A stretch of 64,000 nucleotides of DNA from Macrostomum lignano (taxonomy: Eukaryota): the NCBI GenBank assembly GCA_002269645.1, contig NIVC01000305.1:124001-188000 (forward strand). The letters are read 5' to 3'. Under the pieces are notes generated by a model, which worked only from the letters and a program-made list of their open reading frames with translations, did no database searches and had not been told where the DNA came from. Shown piece after piece: positions 1-10,399 of this stretch. The translations under genes and the position numbers were made by a program. The stretch's first letter is position 1; each line of letters opens with the position of its first letter.

Positions 1-262
1 TATGACCCTCTATTAGCAGTTTATGAGCACCCATTAGCAATGTCTCTGACCCTCCATTAGCAGTTTATGAGCACCCATTAGCAGTGTCTATGATCCTCTA
101 TTAGCAGTGTTAATGAGCACCCATTAGCAGTGTTTATGACCCTCTATTAGCAGTTTATGAGCACCCATTAGCAGTGTCTATGATCCTCTATTAGCAGTGT
201 TAATGAGCACCCATTAGCAGTGTCTATGACCCTAGCTATTAGCAGTCCTTATGACCCTCCAT
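1..262. repeat. Minisatellite (~20-23 bp alternating units, tatgaccctctattagcagtt / tatgagcacccattagcagtgtc) in the intron upstream of the NPC2 exon
   Basis: Tandem units visible from base 1; ends ~30 bp before the CAG acceptor at 293-295. Confidence 0.9.
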
Positions 263-295
263 AAGCCAGTGTCAATATGATCATCAATTCCGCAG

Positions 296-743
296 GCTCA
301 ACAGCCGGCAAGATCGTCAGCGTGGACATCAATCCCTGCCCGAAGATGCCGTGCGAGTTCAAGCGCGGCACCAAAGTTGGCGCAAGCATCACCTTCCAAT
401 CCTCGGAAGCGTCCACCGCAGTCAAGTCCGTGGTGCATGGCATCCTCGGTGGCATCCCGGTGCCTTTCCCGCTACCAGATTCGAACGCTTGCAACACGAT
501 GAGCCCGAAATGCCCCCTGGCAACTGGCAGTCAATACGTGTACACCAACCAGCTAGAAGTACTGCAGTCTTATCCATCGGTAAGAGGCATGCAAAAAACC
601 ACAACTCGTCTCTGTAACCTTCAGTATTAACTATCAATTCTCTCCCACAAAAATTCCAGCTCGCCGTGTTGGTCAAATGGGAACTGATTGATCCCAACAG
701 CAAGGATTTGGTCTGCTTTGAGATTCCCGTCAGGATTGTTTAA
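296..743 (+). CDS. NPC2: NPC2/ML-domain sterol-binding protein, 5'-partial; exons 296-579 and 660-743 (signal-peptide exon lies outside the window)
   Basis: Translation (G)STAGKIVSVDINPCPKMPCEFKRG...PVPFPLPDSNAC...CPL...YPS / LAVLVKWELIDPNSKDLVCFEIPVRIV* has the NPC2 cysteine pattern and C-terminus; ag acceptor 294-295, gtaag donor 580, ag acceptor 658-659, TAA 741-743. Confidence 0.9.
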
Positions 744-1172
744 TAAGTTGTCGCCAAAAAAGAACTATGTATAAAGCATTGGTTTCTGGGACATTTCACT
801 TACCGATAATAAACTATAATATCTAGGCTGACTTCAATTTATCTGGTTTCAGACAATAATTCTAAATACACTCTACCTACTTACAGTATTATATGCAAAC
901 TAAAATACACATCATACGAAAAAACCTCAACCTGACAAAACAAAACAACAACTAAAAACTTGACATTATGAACATGTGGCGACAAAATAATAGAAAATAT
1001 ATTTAATGTCAATGCTAGCAATGCACTTATTTTCTGCAGTATGACTATATAAACTACGAAAAGCAACGAAGGATGTTTAGTCAAAATACAATGATCTAAT
1101 TAGCTGACGAGGCATTGTAATCATAGTTGTACTCCAACCGTTTACCTTAATATTAAAATGCAAGTTATAGAA

Positions 1173-4100
1173 TTACACAGGAACATTGGCATACTTGGCG
1201 TAGGCCTTATTATTAATCTTCTGTAGAATATAGCCCAATTGTTGACCGGGACCAACTTCGTAGACGTTCGGTTGCGGTGTATCGGAGCGTCGTCTAGTGA
1301 GAGAGGTGACAATCTGATGCCATTTCACACTGGAGTGCATCTGCTTCACCAACAGCTTCGCTATGGACTCAACTGTACGCGGCGGTTTCACAGCTACATT
1401 TGAATAAACTGGAATTCGAGGCACCCGAATAGTGCACTTGTTCAGAGCTCGGGTCAGAGTCTTGGCTGCTGGGTACATCAGATCCGTGTGGAAAGCGCCA
1501 CTCACTTCTAGCGGCTTGCAGGAGGCGATGCCAAAGTCTTTATGATGCTGTTGGATGTACTGCATTGCCTGGTGTGAACAGTGTTAATAGTATTCGGTAA
1601 GCCGATATGCCATGGCTCAACGGGGGAGCTGCTGAGATGCCATAGACTCAAGGGGAGTTGCTGAGATTCCATAGACTCAAGGGGGGTTGCTGAGATGCCA
1701 TAGACTCAGGGAGAGCTGCTTAGATGCCATAGACTCAAGGGTAGTTGCTGAGGTACCATGGCTCAATTGGGGAAGTTGCTGAGGTGCCATAGACTCAGGG
1801 AGAGCTGCTGAGAGGCCATAGACTCAAGGGTAGTTGCTAAGGTACGATGGCTCAATGGGGGAGCTGCTAAGATGCCATAGACTCAAGGGGAGCTGCTAAG
1901 ATGCCATAGACTCAAGGAGAGCTGCTGAGATGCCATAGACTCAAGGGTAGTTGCTGAGGTACCATGGCTCAATTGGTGAAGTTGCTGAGGTGCCATAGAC
2001 TCAGGGAGAGCTGCTGAGAGGCCATAGACTCAAGGGTAGTTGCTGAGGTACCATGGCTCAATTGGGGAAGTTGCTGAGGTGCCATAGACTCAAGGGGGGT
2101 TGCTGAGATGCCATAGACTCAAGGGGGGTTGCTGAGATGCCATAGACTCAAGGAGGAGTTGCTGAGAGGTCATAGGCTCAAGAGAGAGTTGCTGAGATGC
2201 CATAGGCTCAAAAGAGAGTTGCTGAGATGCCATAGACTCAAGGGTAGTTGCTGAGGTACCATGGCTCAATTGGGGAAGTTGCTGAGGTGCCATAGACTCA
2301 GGGAGAGCTGCTGAGAGGCCATAGACTCAAGGGTAGTTGCTAAGGTACGATGGCTCAATGGGGGAGCTGCTGAGATGCCATAGACTCAAGGGGAGCTGCT
2401 GAGATGCCATAGACTCAAGGGGGGTTGCTGAGATGCCATAGACTCAAGGGGGGTTGCTGAGATGCCATAGACTCAAGGGGGGTTGCTGAGATGCCATAGA
2501 CTCAAGGGGGGTTGCTGAGATGCCATAGACTCAAGGGGGGTTGCTGAGATGCCATAGACTCAAGGGGGGTTGCTGAGATGCCATAGACTCAAGGAGGAGT
2601 TGCTGAGAGGTCATAGGCTCAAGAGAGAGTTGCTGAGATGCCATAGGCTCAAAAGAGAGTTGCTGAGATGCCATAGACTCAAGGAGGAGTTGCTGAGAGG
2701 CCATAGGCTCAAGAGAGAGTTGCTGAGATGCCATAGGCTCAAAAGAGAGTTGCTGAGATGCCATAGACTCAAGGGTAGTTGCTGAGGTACCATGGCTCAA
2801 TGGGGGGAGCTGCTGAGATGCCATAGACTCAGGGAGAGCTGCTAAGAGGCCATAGACTCAAGGGTAGTTGCTGAGGTACCATGGCTCAATTGGGGAAGTT
2901 GCTGAGGTGCCATAGACCCAGGGAGAGCTGCTGAGAGGCCATAGACTCAGGGAGAGCTGCTGAGATGCCATAGACTCAGGGAGAGCTGCTGAGAGGCCAT
3001 AGACTCAATGGTAGTTGCTGAGGTACTATGGCTCAATGGGGGGAGTTGCTGAGATGCCATAGACTCAGGAAGAGTTGCTGAGAGGTCATAGGCTCAAGAG
3101 AGAGTTGCTGAGATGCCATAGGCTCAAGAGAGAGTTGCTGAGATGCCATAGACTCAGTGGGAGTTGCTGAGATGTCATAGACTCAAGGGGAGTTGCTGCG
3201 ATGGAATAGACTCAGGAAGAGTTGCTGAGATGCCATAGACTCAAGGGGGGTTGCTGAGATGCCATAGACTCAAGGGGGGTTGCTGAGATGCCATAGACTC
3301 AAGGAGGAGTTGCTGAGAGGTCATAGGCTCAAGAGAGAGTTGCTGAGATGCCATAGACTCAAGGGGAGTTGCTGCGATGGAATAGACTCAGGAAGAGTTG
3401 CTGAGATGCCATAGACTCAAGGAGGAGTTGCTGAGAGGTCATAGGCTCAAGAGAGAGTTGCTGAGATGCCATAGACTCAGGGAGAGTTGCTAAGATACCA
3501 TGGCTCAAGCGGGGCGCTGACTAAAGCCTTGAATGTCTTTGAAAATGCTGTTTTATGCTTTAAGTACCAGTATCTTTCCTTTTTCTTTCTACTGTAATTG
3601 AAATTTAACAAAAGTGATAAGTGAGCATTATACAGCTTAAGGCAATACCCATACCTCTCGATGACCAGCCAGCACAACACACCTGGCATACAGGTGGCTA
3701 GCCACATTGCACACAGGCCGAATCATGGCGTGTTTAGTCTGGCAGTGGTCTCTGGCAGCTTTCATTGCTTTGCCAATATCGGCGTCAGCTGTCAGCAGGC
3801 AGGTGGTCATGCCGCCAGGGATTTGATCGCTCACCGATTGCATGGCCTGAGCTCGGACCTGTACTAGGCGAAGGCCTGTGGGAGATGGGAGAGGCAAAGA
3901 GATGAGGATAGATTGGACTACAATACAAATAAAGATATACATGTATTACACTCCGAATAAAGACAGATTAGACTACGAATAAAGACAGATTAGACTAAGA
4001 ATAAAGACAGATTAGACTAAGAATAAAGACAGATTAGACTAAGAATAAAGACAGATTAGACTACGAATAATGGGATTAGACTACGAATAAAGACAGATTA

Positions 4101-5217
4101 GACTACGAATAATGGGATTAGACTACGAATAAAGACAGATTAGACTACGAATAATGGGATTAGACTACGAATAAAGACAGATTAGACTAAGAATAAAGAC
4201 AGATTAGACTAAGAATAAAGACAGATTAGACTAAGAATAAAGACAGATTAGACTACGAATAATGGGATTAGACTACGAATAAAGACAGATTAGACTACGA
4301 ATAATGGGATTAGACTACGAATAAAGACAGATTAGACTACGAATAATGGGATTAGACTACGAATAAAGACAGATTAGACTAAGAATAAAGACAGATTAGA
4401 CTAAGAATAAAGACAGATTAGACTAAGAATAAAGACAGATTAGACTACGAATAATGGGATTAGACTACGAATAAAGACAGATTAGACTACGAATAATGGG
4501 ATTAGACTACGAATAAAGACTAATTAGAATAAAAAGGATAAGACTATAAAAATCCTATTATTTTAGGTTAAGACTACTTTTATGCTATATAGTTACACTA
4601 CGAATGCACAACATCAAAAAGGAATCTGATGGAGAATGCAACCACAACTCACCCTCTTCAAAGGTGAAAGTACCAGCAAAAGTGTAGGCGGCAAACTCTC
4701 CCACACTGAATCCAGCGGTGCCAATGCACCTGGGCACAGCATCCGGATGGAGCTCCTCCAGAGCCAGCAAAGCAGCCATTGAGGTGACAAAAATGGCCGG
4801 CTGACTAAACTGAGTCAAGGCTAATTTACGCTCGGGCCCAGACAGGCACAGTTTGAGCAGATCGTACTTTAACACCTCGCTAGCGTGCTCAAATACCTCT
4901 TTAGTTCGGGGAAATTGCAACAGTTTGGATCCCATGCCGACGAACTGACTGGCTTGGCCAGGGAACAGAATGTAGCTGGTGTCTGCCGGGTCCACGCCTT
5001 CGGGACCGCGGTAAACGAAATCCGTGTGCGCTTCGTACTGAGGCCCGGTTGGCTTCGATTCTGCGCTACTGCTGTCGTTGCTAGGGACGCTGGTTTCAGT
5101 TGCTAAGCAACGCTTTGTCGAGTTAAATATGCCGGGAAATCGGCATGCTGCGCAAAATAACCGGCGACTTATTGCTGTCGAGGCCATTGGTAATTCTCTC
5201 AGCAATTTGAAAGTCAA
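1173..5217 (-). CDS. MCAT: Mitochondrial malonyl-CoA:ACP transacylase; exons 5217 (or ATG 5187)-4653, 3875-3655, 1568-1173
   Basis: Motifs LFPGQASQ, FSQPAIF, catalytic GFSVG, VSGAFHT, YEVGPG; phases consistent across GTGAGT and GTAT donors and CAG acceptors; N-terminus is R/S/A-rich like a presequence. Confidence 0.93.
1600..3500. repeat. ~30-bp minisatellite (gctgagatgccatagactcaaggggagtt variants) filling MCAT intron 2
   Basis: Tandem units visible; gives the spurious MASQQL/RCHRLK ORFs. Confidence 0.95.
3955..4520. repeat. 21/18-bp minisatellite (gaataaagacagattagacta / gaataatgggattagactac) in MCAT intron 1
   Basis: Tandem units with two interleaved variants. Confidence 0.95.
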
Positions 5218-5241
5218 CTAAAGTGCAAGGTCTGGCAAAAT

Positions 5242-5836
5242 CGCCCCTCAAACACCCTCTGGAATCGCCTCTCAAGCACCCTCTGGAATCCCCCTAAAAC
5301 ACCCTCTGGAATCGCCCCTCAAACACCCTCTGAAATCGCCCCTCAAACACCCTCTGGAATTGCCACTCAAACACCCTCTGGAATCGCCCCTCAAACACCC
5401 TCTGGAATCGCCCCTCAAACACCCTCTGGAATCGCCCCTCAAACACCCTCTGGAATCGCCAAACACCCTCTGGAATCGCCAAACACCCTCTGGAATCGCC
5501 AAACACCCTCTGGAATCGCCCCTCAAACACCCTCTGGAATCGCCAAACACCCTCTGGAATCGCCCCTAAAACACCCTCTAGAATCGCCCCTCAAACACCC
5601 ACTGGAATCGCCACTCAAACACCCTCTGGAATCGCCACTCAAACACCCTGGAATCGCCACTCAAACACCCTCTGGAATCGCCCCTTAAACACCCTGGAAT
5701 CGCCACTCAAACACCCTCTGGAATCGCCCCTCAAACACCCTCTGGAATCGCCCCTCAAACACCCTCTGGAATCGCCCCATAAACACCCTCTGGAATCGCC
5801 TCATAAACACCCTCTGAATCGCCACCCCCAAACACC
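5242..5836. repeat. 24-bp minisatellite (ctctggaatcgcccctcaaacacc) between POLR3K and MCAT
   Basis: Tandem units; reverse complement of the array at 6337-7462. Confidence 0.95.
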
Positions 5837-6008
5837 CTGTCTGATGTCATACGTATGTGTAGATAAAAGTTAAATCAAAGTTAAAGATTTAAGCTGAGTT
5901 AAACTTCAGACGCAAATGCCAGTTTAATATTATATTTACAACAAAAGACAATTATCAATCGACGATTCGAGCGTTCACAAAACTGCCAAAAACGAATGCA
6001 TTTAAAAA

Positions 6009-6326
6009 TCAATCTTTCCAAACGAAGGCGCACTTGGCGCATCGATACTTGGTAGTCATGGGCTCGTCAGCTGATCTAGTTTGCATCTGAACAAAGTAGC
6101 ACTGCATGTGAGAGCATTCCGGGCAGCGCTCTTCTGTGGTAGCCGCATTCTTCCAAGCATCCTCGCCGCCAAGAATATCGTCAATCTCTTTCAATTGTGG
6201 GTATTTTGTCTGCTCCATCGCGCACAGCACGTTGTAGATGTAGGGGCAGGAGCTGCAGGCGAATCTGTAGCACCGATCACCCAGCTCCAGCCGGAGCAGA
6301 TTTGAGCAGTTTGGACAAAAGTGCAA
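6009..6326 (-). CDS. POLR3K: RNA polymerase III subunit RPC10/C11; single coding exon lacking a genomic ATG
   Basis: (M)LHFCPNCSNLL...FACSSCPY...LKEIDDILGGEDAWKN...CPECSH..YFVQMQTRSADEPMTTKYRCAKC: two Zn ribbons and the TFIIS-like RSADEP motif; first codon TTG directly follows the TTTTAG acceptor (AG at 6328-6327). Confidence 0.95.
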   Translation of the reverse strand: MHFCPNCSNLLRLELGDRCYRFACSSCPYIYNVLCAMEQTKYPQLKEIDDILGGEDAWKNAATTEERCPECSHMQCYFVQMQTRSADEPMTTKYRCAKCAFVWKD

Positions 6327-6336
6327 CTAAAATGAG

Positions 6337-7462
6337 AGGTGTTTGGCGATTCCAGAGGGTGTTTGAGTGGCAATTCCAGAGGATGTTTCAAAGTCGATTC
6401 CAAGGGGTGTTTGACGGGCGATTCCAGAGGGTGTTTGAGTGGCGATTCCAGGGTGTTTGAGGGGCGATTTCAGAGGGTATTTTAGAGGCGATTCCAGAGG
6501 GTGTTTCAAAGTCGATTCCAGAAGGTGTTTGAGAGGCGATTCCAGAGGGTGTTTCAAAGTCGATTCCAGAAGGTGTTTGAGAGGCGATTCCAGAGGGTGT
6601 TTCAAAGTCGATTCCAGAGGGTGTTTCAAAGTCGATTCCAGAGGGTGTTTGAGAGGCGATTCCAGAGGGTGTTTGAGGGGCGATTCCAGAGGGTGTTTGA
6701 GGGACGATTCCAGAGGGTGTTTGAGGGGCGATTCCAGAGAGTGTTTGAGGGGCGATTCCAGAGGGTGTTTGAGGGGCGATTCCAGAGGGTGTTTGAGGGG
6801 CGATTCCAGAGGGTGTTTGAGCGGCAATTCCAGAGGGTGTTTCAAAATCGATTCCAGGGGGTGTTTGAGGGGCGATTCCAGAGGATGCTTGAGGGGCGAT
6901 TCCAGAGGGTGTTTCAAAATCGATTCCAGGGGGTGTTTGAGGGGCGATTCCAGAGGATGCTTGAGGGGCGATTCCAGAGGGTGTTTGAGGGACGATTCCA
7001 GAGAGTGTTTGAGGGGCGATTCCAGAGAGTGTTTGAGGGGCGATTCCAGAGGGTGTTTGAGGGGCGATTCCAGAGGGTGTTTGAGGGGCGATTCCAGAGG
7101 GTGTTTGAGCGGCAATTCCAGAGGGTGTTTCAAAATCGATTCCAGGGGGTGTTTGAGGGGCGATTCCAGAGGATGCTTGAGGGGCGATTCCAGAGGGTGT
7201 TTCAAAATCGATTCCAGGGGGTGTTTGAGGGGCGATTCCAGAGGGTGTTTGAGGGGCGATTCCAGAGGGTGTTTGAGGGGCGATTCCAGAGGGTGTTTGA
7301 GGGGCGATTCCAGAGGGTGTTTGAGGGGCGATTCCAGAAGGTGTTTGAGGGGCGATTCCAGAGAGGGTGTTTGAGGGGCGATTCCAGAGGGTGTTGGAGA
7401 GGAGATTCCGGAGGGTTTGAGGGGCGATACCAGGGGGTGTTTGAGTCGTGATACCAGGGGTT
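6337..7462. repeat. 24-bp minisatellite (gaggggcgattccagagggtgttt) between MED30 and POLR3K, inverted relative to 5242-5836
   Basis: Tandem units, with ttcaaa(g/a)tcgattcc variant blocks forming higher-order repeats. Confidence 0.95.
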
Positions 7463-7708
7463 GTTATTCAGCTGACAGGTTTGCGCAGTTACGCATTAAA
7501 TAATTGACAAAATCGTATATAATTTGTACAAACTTTGTAAGTTGTTTGAACCGAATATATTTTTAAAGAAGGAACTAAGAAGTTGACACCAATAAAGATG
7601 AACGATAGTGACAAAAATTAATTGTGAACTGAATTTTGTGACATTGATAATTATACACAAAAATGCTTTTACAATTTTGTAACCGAAACATTTATGAACC
7701 TTTTTTTC

Positions 7709-7960
7709 CCGATGAAAACGGTACCTAAGGCTAAGAAGTGTCTCAGAGCCACTTGCGTTGTACCAGCGTAGTTGCAGGTACATTGGTAGAGTAGGAAGGA
7801 TTCGCGGTACAAGTCGCCAAAAAAGTCGTCAGAGTCTCTTTAGAGTCAATTTGAGGCGTTCTATTGTCTGCGACTCCGGGGCCACAAAGTCGGGCCACTC
7901 AACTGTTGCATTACAGTCCTTTGAGTCGTTAAAAAGTGACAAAAGCCGCTAGTGAGTTTT
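7709..7960 (+). mobile_element. Fragment of a dispersed DNA-transposon-like repeat (left end)
   Basis: cccgatgaaaacggta...ttgcgt...gttgcag matches 16580-16660, and ggtacaagtcgccaaaaa(a)gtcgtca matches 17896-17920. Confidence 0.5.
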
Positions 7961-8047
7961 TAGCGATTCTGGTCACGATAACGTTTTCAACGGGTTAGTG
8001 TTTGAACAACAAACTAAGACAATAAATTATAACAGATCAATCCAGAT

Positions 8048-8545
8048 TTAGCTAGTAGGCAGTTCACTTAGCATTACCGACAGCTGGTGAATGAGTTGAG
8101 AATTGCCGGATGCTAAACGTTTTATAACAGCATTCAACTGGTTGACCTGCTCAATCAGCTGTTTCGCTTCGCCGGTTTTTGCAGCGGAAGCGGCTTCAAT
8201 AGATTCTGCTGCCTGCTCGTCTGCACTGTCACCTTCTAGAGGCAGCAATCTGATGGGATCAGGCTGGGCCACTTGCTTACTAGCCGCTGCAACTCTGGTG
8301 TACACAACTCGAAGTCGCTTTAGTTTTTGCTCCAACGAGTTAACCAGATCGGTGAGAGTTTGCCGCTGCTGATGAAGCGGAGCCTGAGACTGTTGAGAAC
8401 CGCCAGTGAGACTGCTCTGGGTCGGTCGATAGAATGAGCAAATATCTGACACGGATTGAAGTATTTCAAACACCAGATCGCTGCCTTCTTGACAGAGTGC
8501 GCCCGATTCAATCAGGTTCAGTGGAGCCGGCTGGTCTGTTGCCAT
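8048..8545 (-). CDS. MED30: Mediator subunit 30-like, single exon
   Basis: LCQEGSDLVFEILQSVSDI, KLKRLRVVYTRV, DPIRLLP and QLIHQLSVML resemble MED30 blocks (recognised from memory); ATG 8545 in GCCATGG context, 5 nt after a CCTTAG acceptor. Confidence 0.72.
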   Translation of the reverse strand: MATDQPAPLNLIESGALCQEGSDLVFEILQSVSDICSFYRPTQSSLTGGSQQSQAPLHQQRQTLTDLVNSLEQKLKRLRVVYTRVAAASKQVAQPDPIRLLPLEGDSADEQAAESIEAASAAKTGEAKQLIEQVNQLNAVIKRLASGNSQLIHQLSVMLSELPTS

Positions 8546-8759
8546 GGCAACTAAGGATTTAAGTGTCATGAAATGAGGCAAAAATTATAGATCGATTTAA
8601 GACCCAATAATATTTATGATAATTTATTAAACCTGCCCTAATAGGCAGATGTGCAACCGACAGCTCAGCCGCAGCTATTGCGCAGCGCATCTGAAGGCTG
8701 CGCACGGCTGTTCAGTCCAAGGAACAAGGTGTGTGGGGTCGCCACACACACACACAGCC

Positions 8760-8999
8760 TCAATTACCCCAGCTAATGCTGGCACCCATTTTACAGCTGG
8801 GTGAACTGAAGCCATGCAGAGCTACGTGTCTTGCTCAAGGATACAAACTGTTACAGTGGGATCGGGAATCAAACCCCCGACCTTTAAGTCGTGAGTCCAA
8901 CGCTCTAACCACTAGGCTACAACCCCCTTTGTTCCAATGGGATCGGGAATCGAACCCCCGACCTTTAAGTCGTGAGTCCGACGCTCTAACCACTGGGCT
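8760..8999 (-). mobile_element. tRNA-derived CORE-type (MIR-like) SINE with a duplicated tRNA head
   Basis: Minus strand reads tagcctagtggttagagcg (A box)...gggggtt(t/c)gattcccg (B box) twice (8856-8920, 8938-8999); plus strand cattttacagctgggtgaactg...gtgtcttgctcaagg resembles the antisense CORE domain; anticodon stem does not pair, so not a tRNA gene. Confidence 0.7.
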
Positions 9000-9410
9000 T
9001 TGTTTCATTCATTTTCACTTGAAGTATCGGATACTTAATTTTAAAATACTTGAAACTCTTGAGACCTCCAGACTTATAAAGTGGAGATCGCAAATTATCT
9101 ACAACTTCTGCGTGTGGGTCAGAGGGGCTCTGCAGTGTAGAGGGTAAGGTAGAGACTACGAAACCAGCTTCTATCACAACCTACCTAGGAATGTATCAAG
9201 GTGCAACAAATAATAACCAAATTAAACACTAAAACAGAATTTCTCATACAGTTTTAAACACAATCAGCTCTTATATTTGAACAAAATTGAACTACGAGAA
9301 CTAACATCAGTTTCTACAGTCAGTCATAGGATTTGTAGAAATAGGATTAGTCATATAGATTAGTCATTTGTAGAAATAGGGTCAGTCATAGGATTAGCAT
9401 TACAGACAAT

Positions 9411-10399
9411 CTAAAACTTCGGCTTAATGTTGCCGCCCGACTTGACATCAATTTTAGCCAGCAGATCCGCATGGTAACCAGACCGTCTGGCTAATTTCAA
9501 TTGCTGTTCAATTTTCTGAAACGGATCAGAGCCAAACGTGCGCAGCTTCATATGATGCAGCTGCTCTTGAAATTCCGCTTCTTTCTTCTTTTCCCGCAGC
9601 AGGCGTTTATCGCGCAGCATTGCCGCGCAACGCTTGCGAAACTTCTTCAATTGGTGGCGTTTCATTCTGCGGCGCCGGTTGACAATGTCCAGGTGACCGC
9701 GGGGCCAGATTATGGTTCTGGCGGGCTGGGTTATTGCTGCGGCTGCCTCTAGTAGCAACCGATTGGGTCTCGGCTGGATTGGACTGCAGCAAATTGAGGA
9801 ATATTGTCGAGAAATTGTTGACGCCAGGCCCAGCTGTGGCTTTTTTGAAAGGCCTGTGAAAATTAATTGATTTATGCGTTTATAGTTATTAGGAAATTAT
9901 TAAGAATATTGAAGTAGGTATGACTATTTAGTTAGCAAATATTCACAATCACTTAAATCTTCACAATCCTCAAATCTTCGCAATACCCAAATCTTCACAA
10001 TCACTTAAATCTTCACAATTACAATCCCTCAAATCTTCAAATCCCTCAAATCTCCACTATCCCTCAAAATCTTTACAATTCCCCAAACTTTCACAATTTC
10101 CCAAATCTTCACTATCTCAAACTCTTCACAATAGTCAAACCTTAAAAATCCTTTAATTCTTCACAATACCCGAATCTTCACAATCGTTCAAATCCCGACT
10201 AACCAAAAATCGATGCATTCGAACATGACGATGCGTGAACTTTTTGCTGTTGCTGGCCATGCAACAATAAAGGGCCCATGCAGATGGTTGGCCTCCTGAG
10301 TAAGACGGCACTGCCCATTGCTTGCTGGTTGCCAAATGCTAGTGCTGAAGAAGCACTGGTCAATAGTCGAGACGCTGTCAAACGTGCTGCAGCAAGCAT
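9411..10399 (-). CDS. AURKAIP1: Mitoribosomal small-subunit protein mS38 (AURKAIP1/COX24-like); exons 10399-10204 and 9853-9411
   Basis: Presequence-like MLAAARLTASRLLTSASS..; basic block IVNRRRRMKRHQLKKFRKR...REKKKEAEFQEQL; phase-1 intron GTTAGT...CAG restores the frame. Confidence 0.75.
9945..10185. repeat. Degenerate short tandem repeat (aaatcttcacaat-like) in the AURKAIP1 intron
   Basis: Repeated aatcttc(a/g)caat motifs. Confidence 0.75.

Noticed and set aside
6327-7451. ~300-aa ORFs (KHPLESPL, RGDSRGCL, RFQRVFEG)
   Set aside because: Translations of a 24-bp minisatellite, open in several frames only because the unit is a multiple of 3; the RGD motifs are incidental
8856-8999. Two tRNA genes
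   Set aside because: A and B boxes present, but acceptor and anticodon stems do not pair; attached to a SINE core
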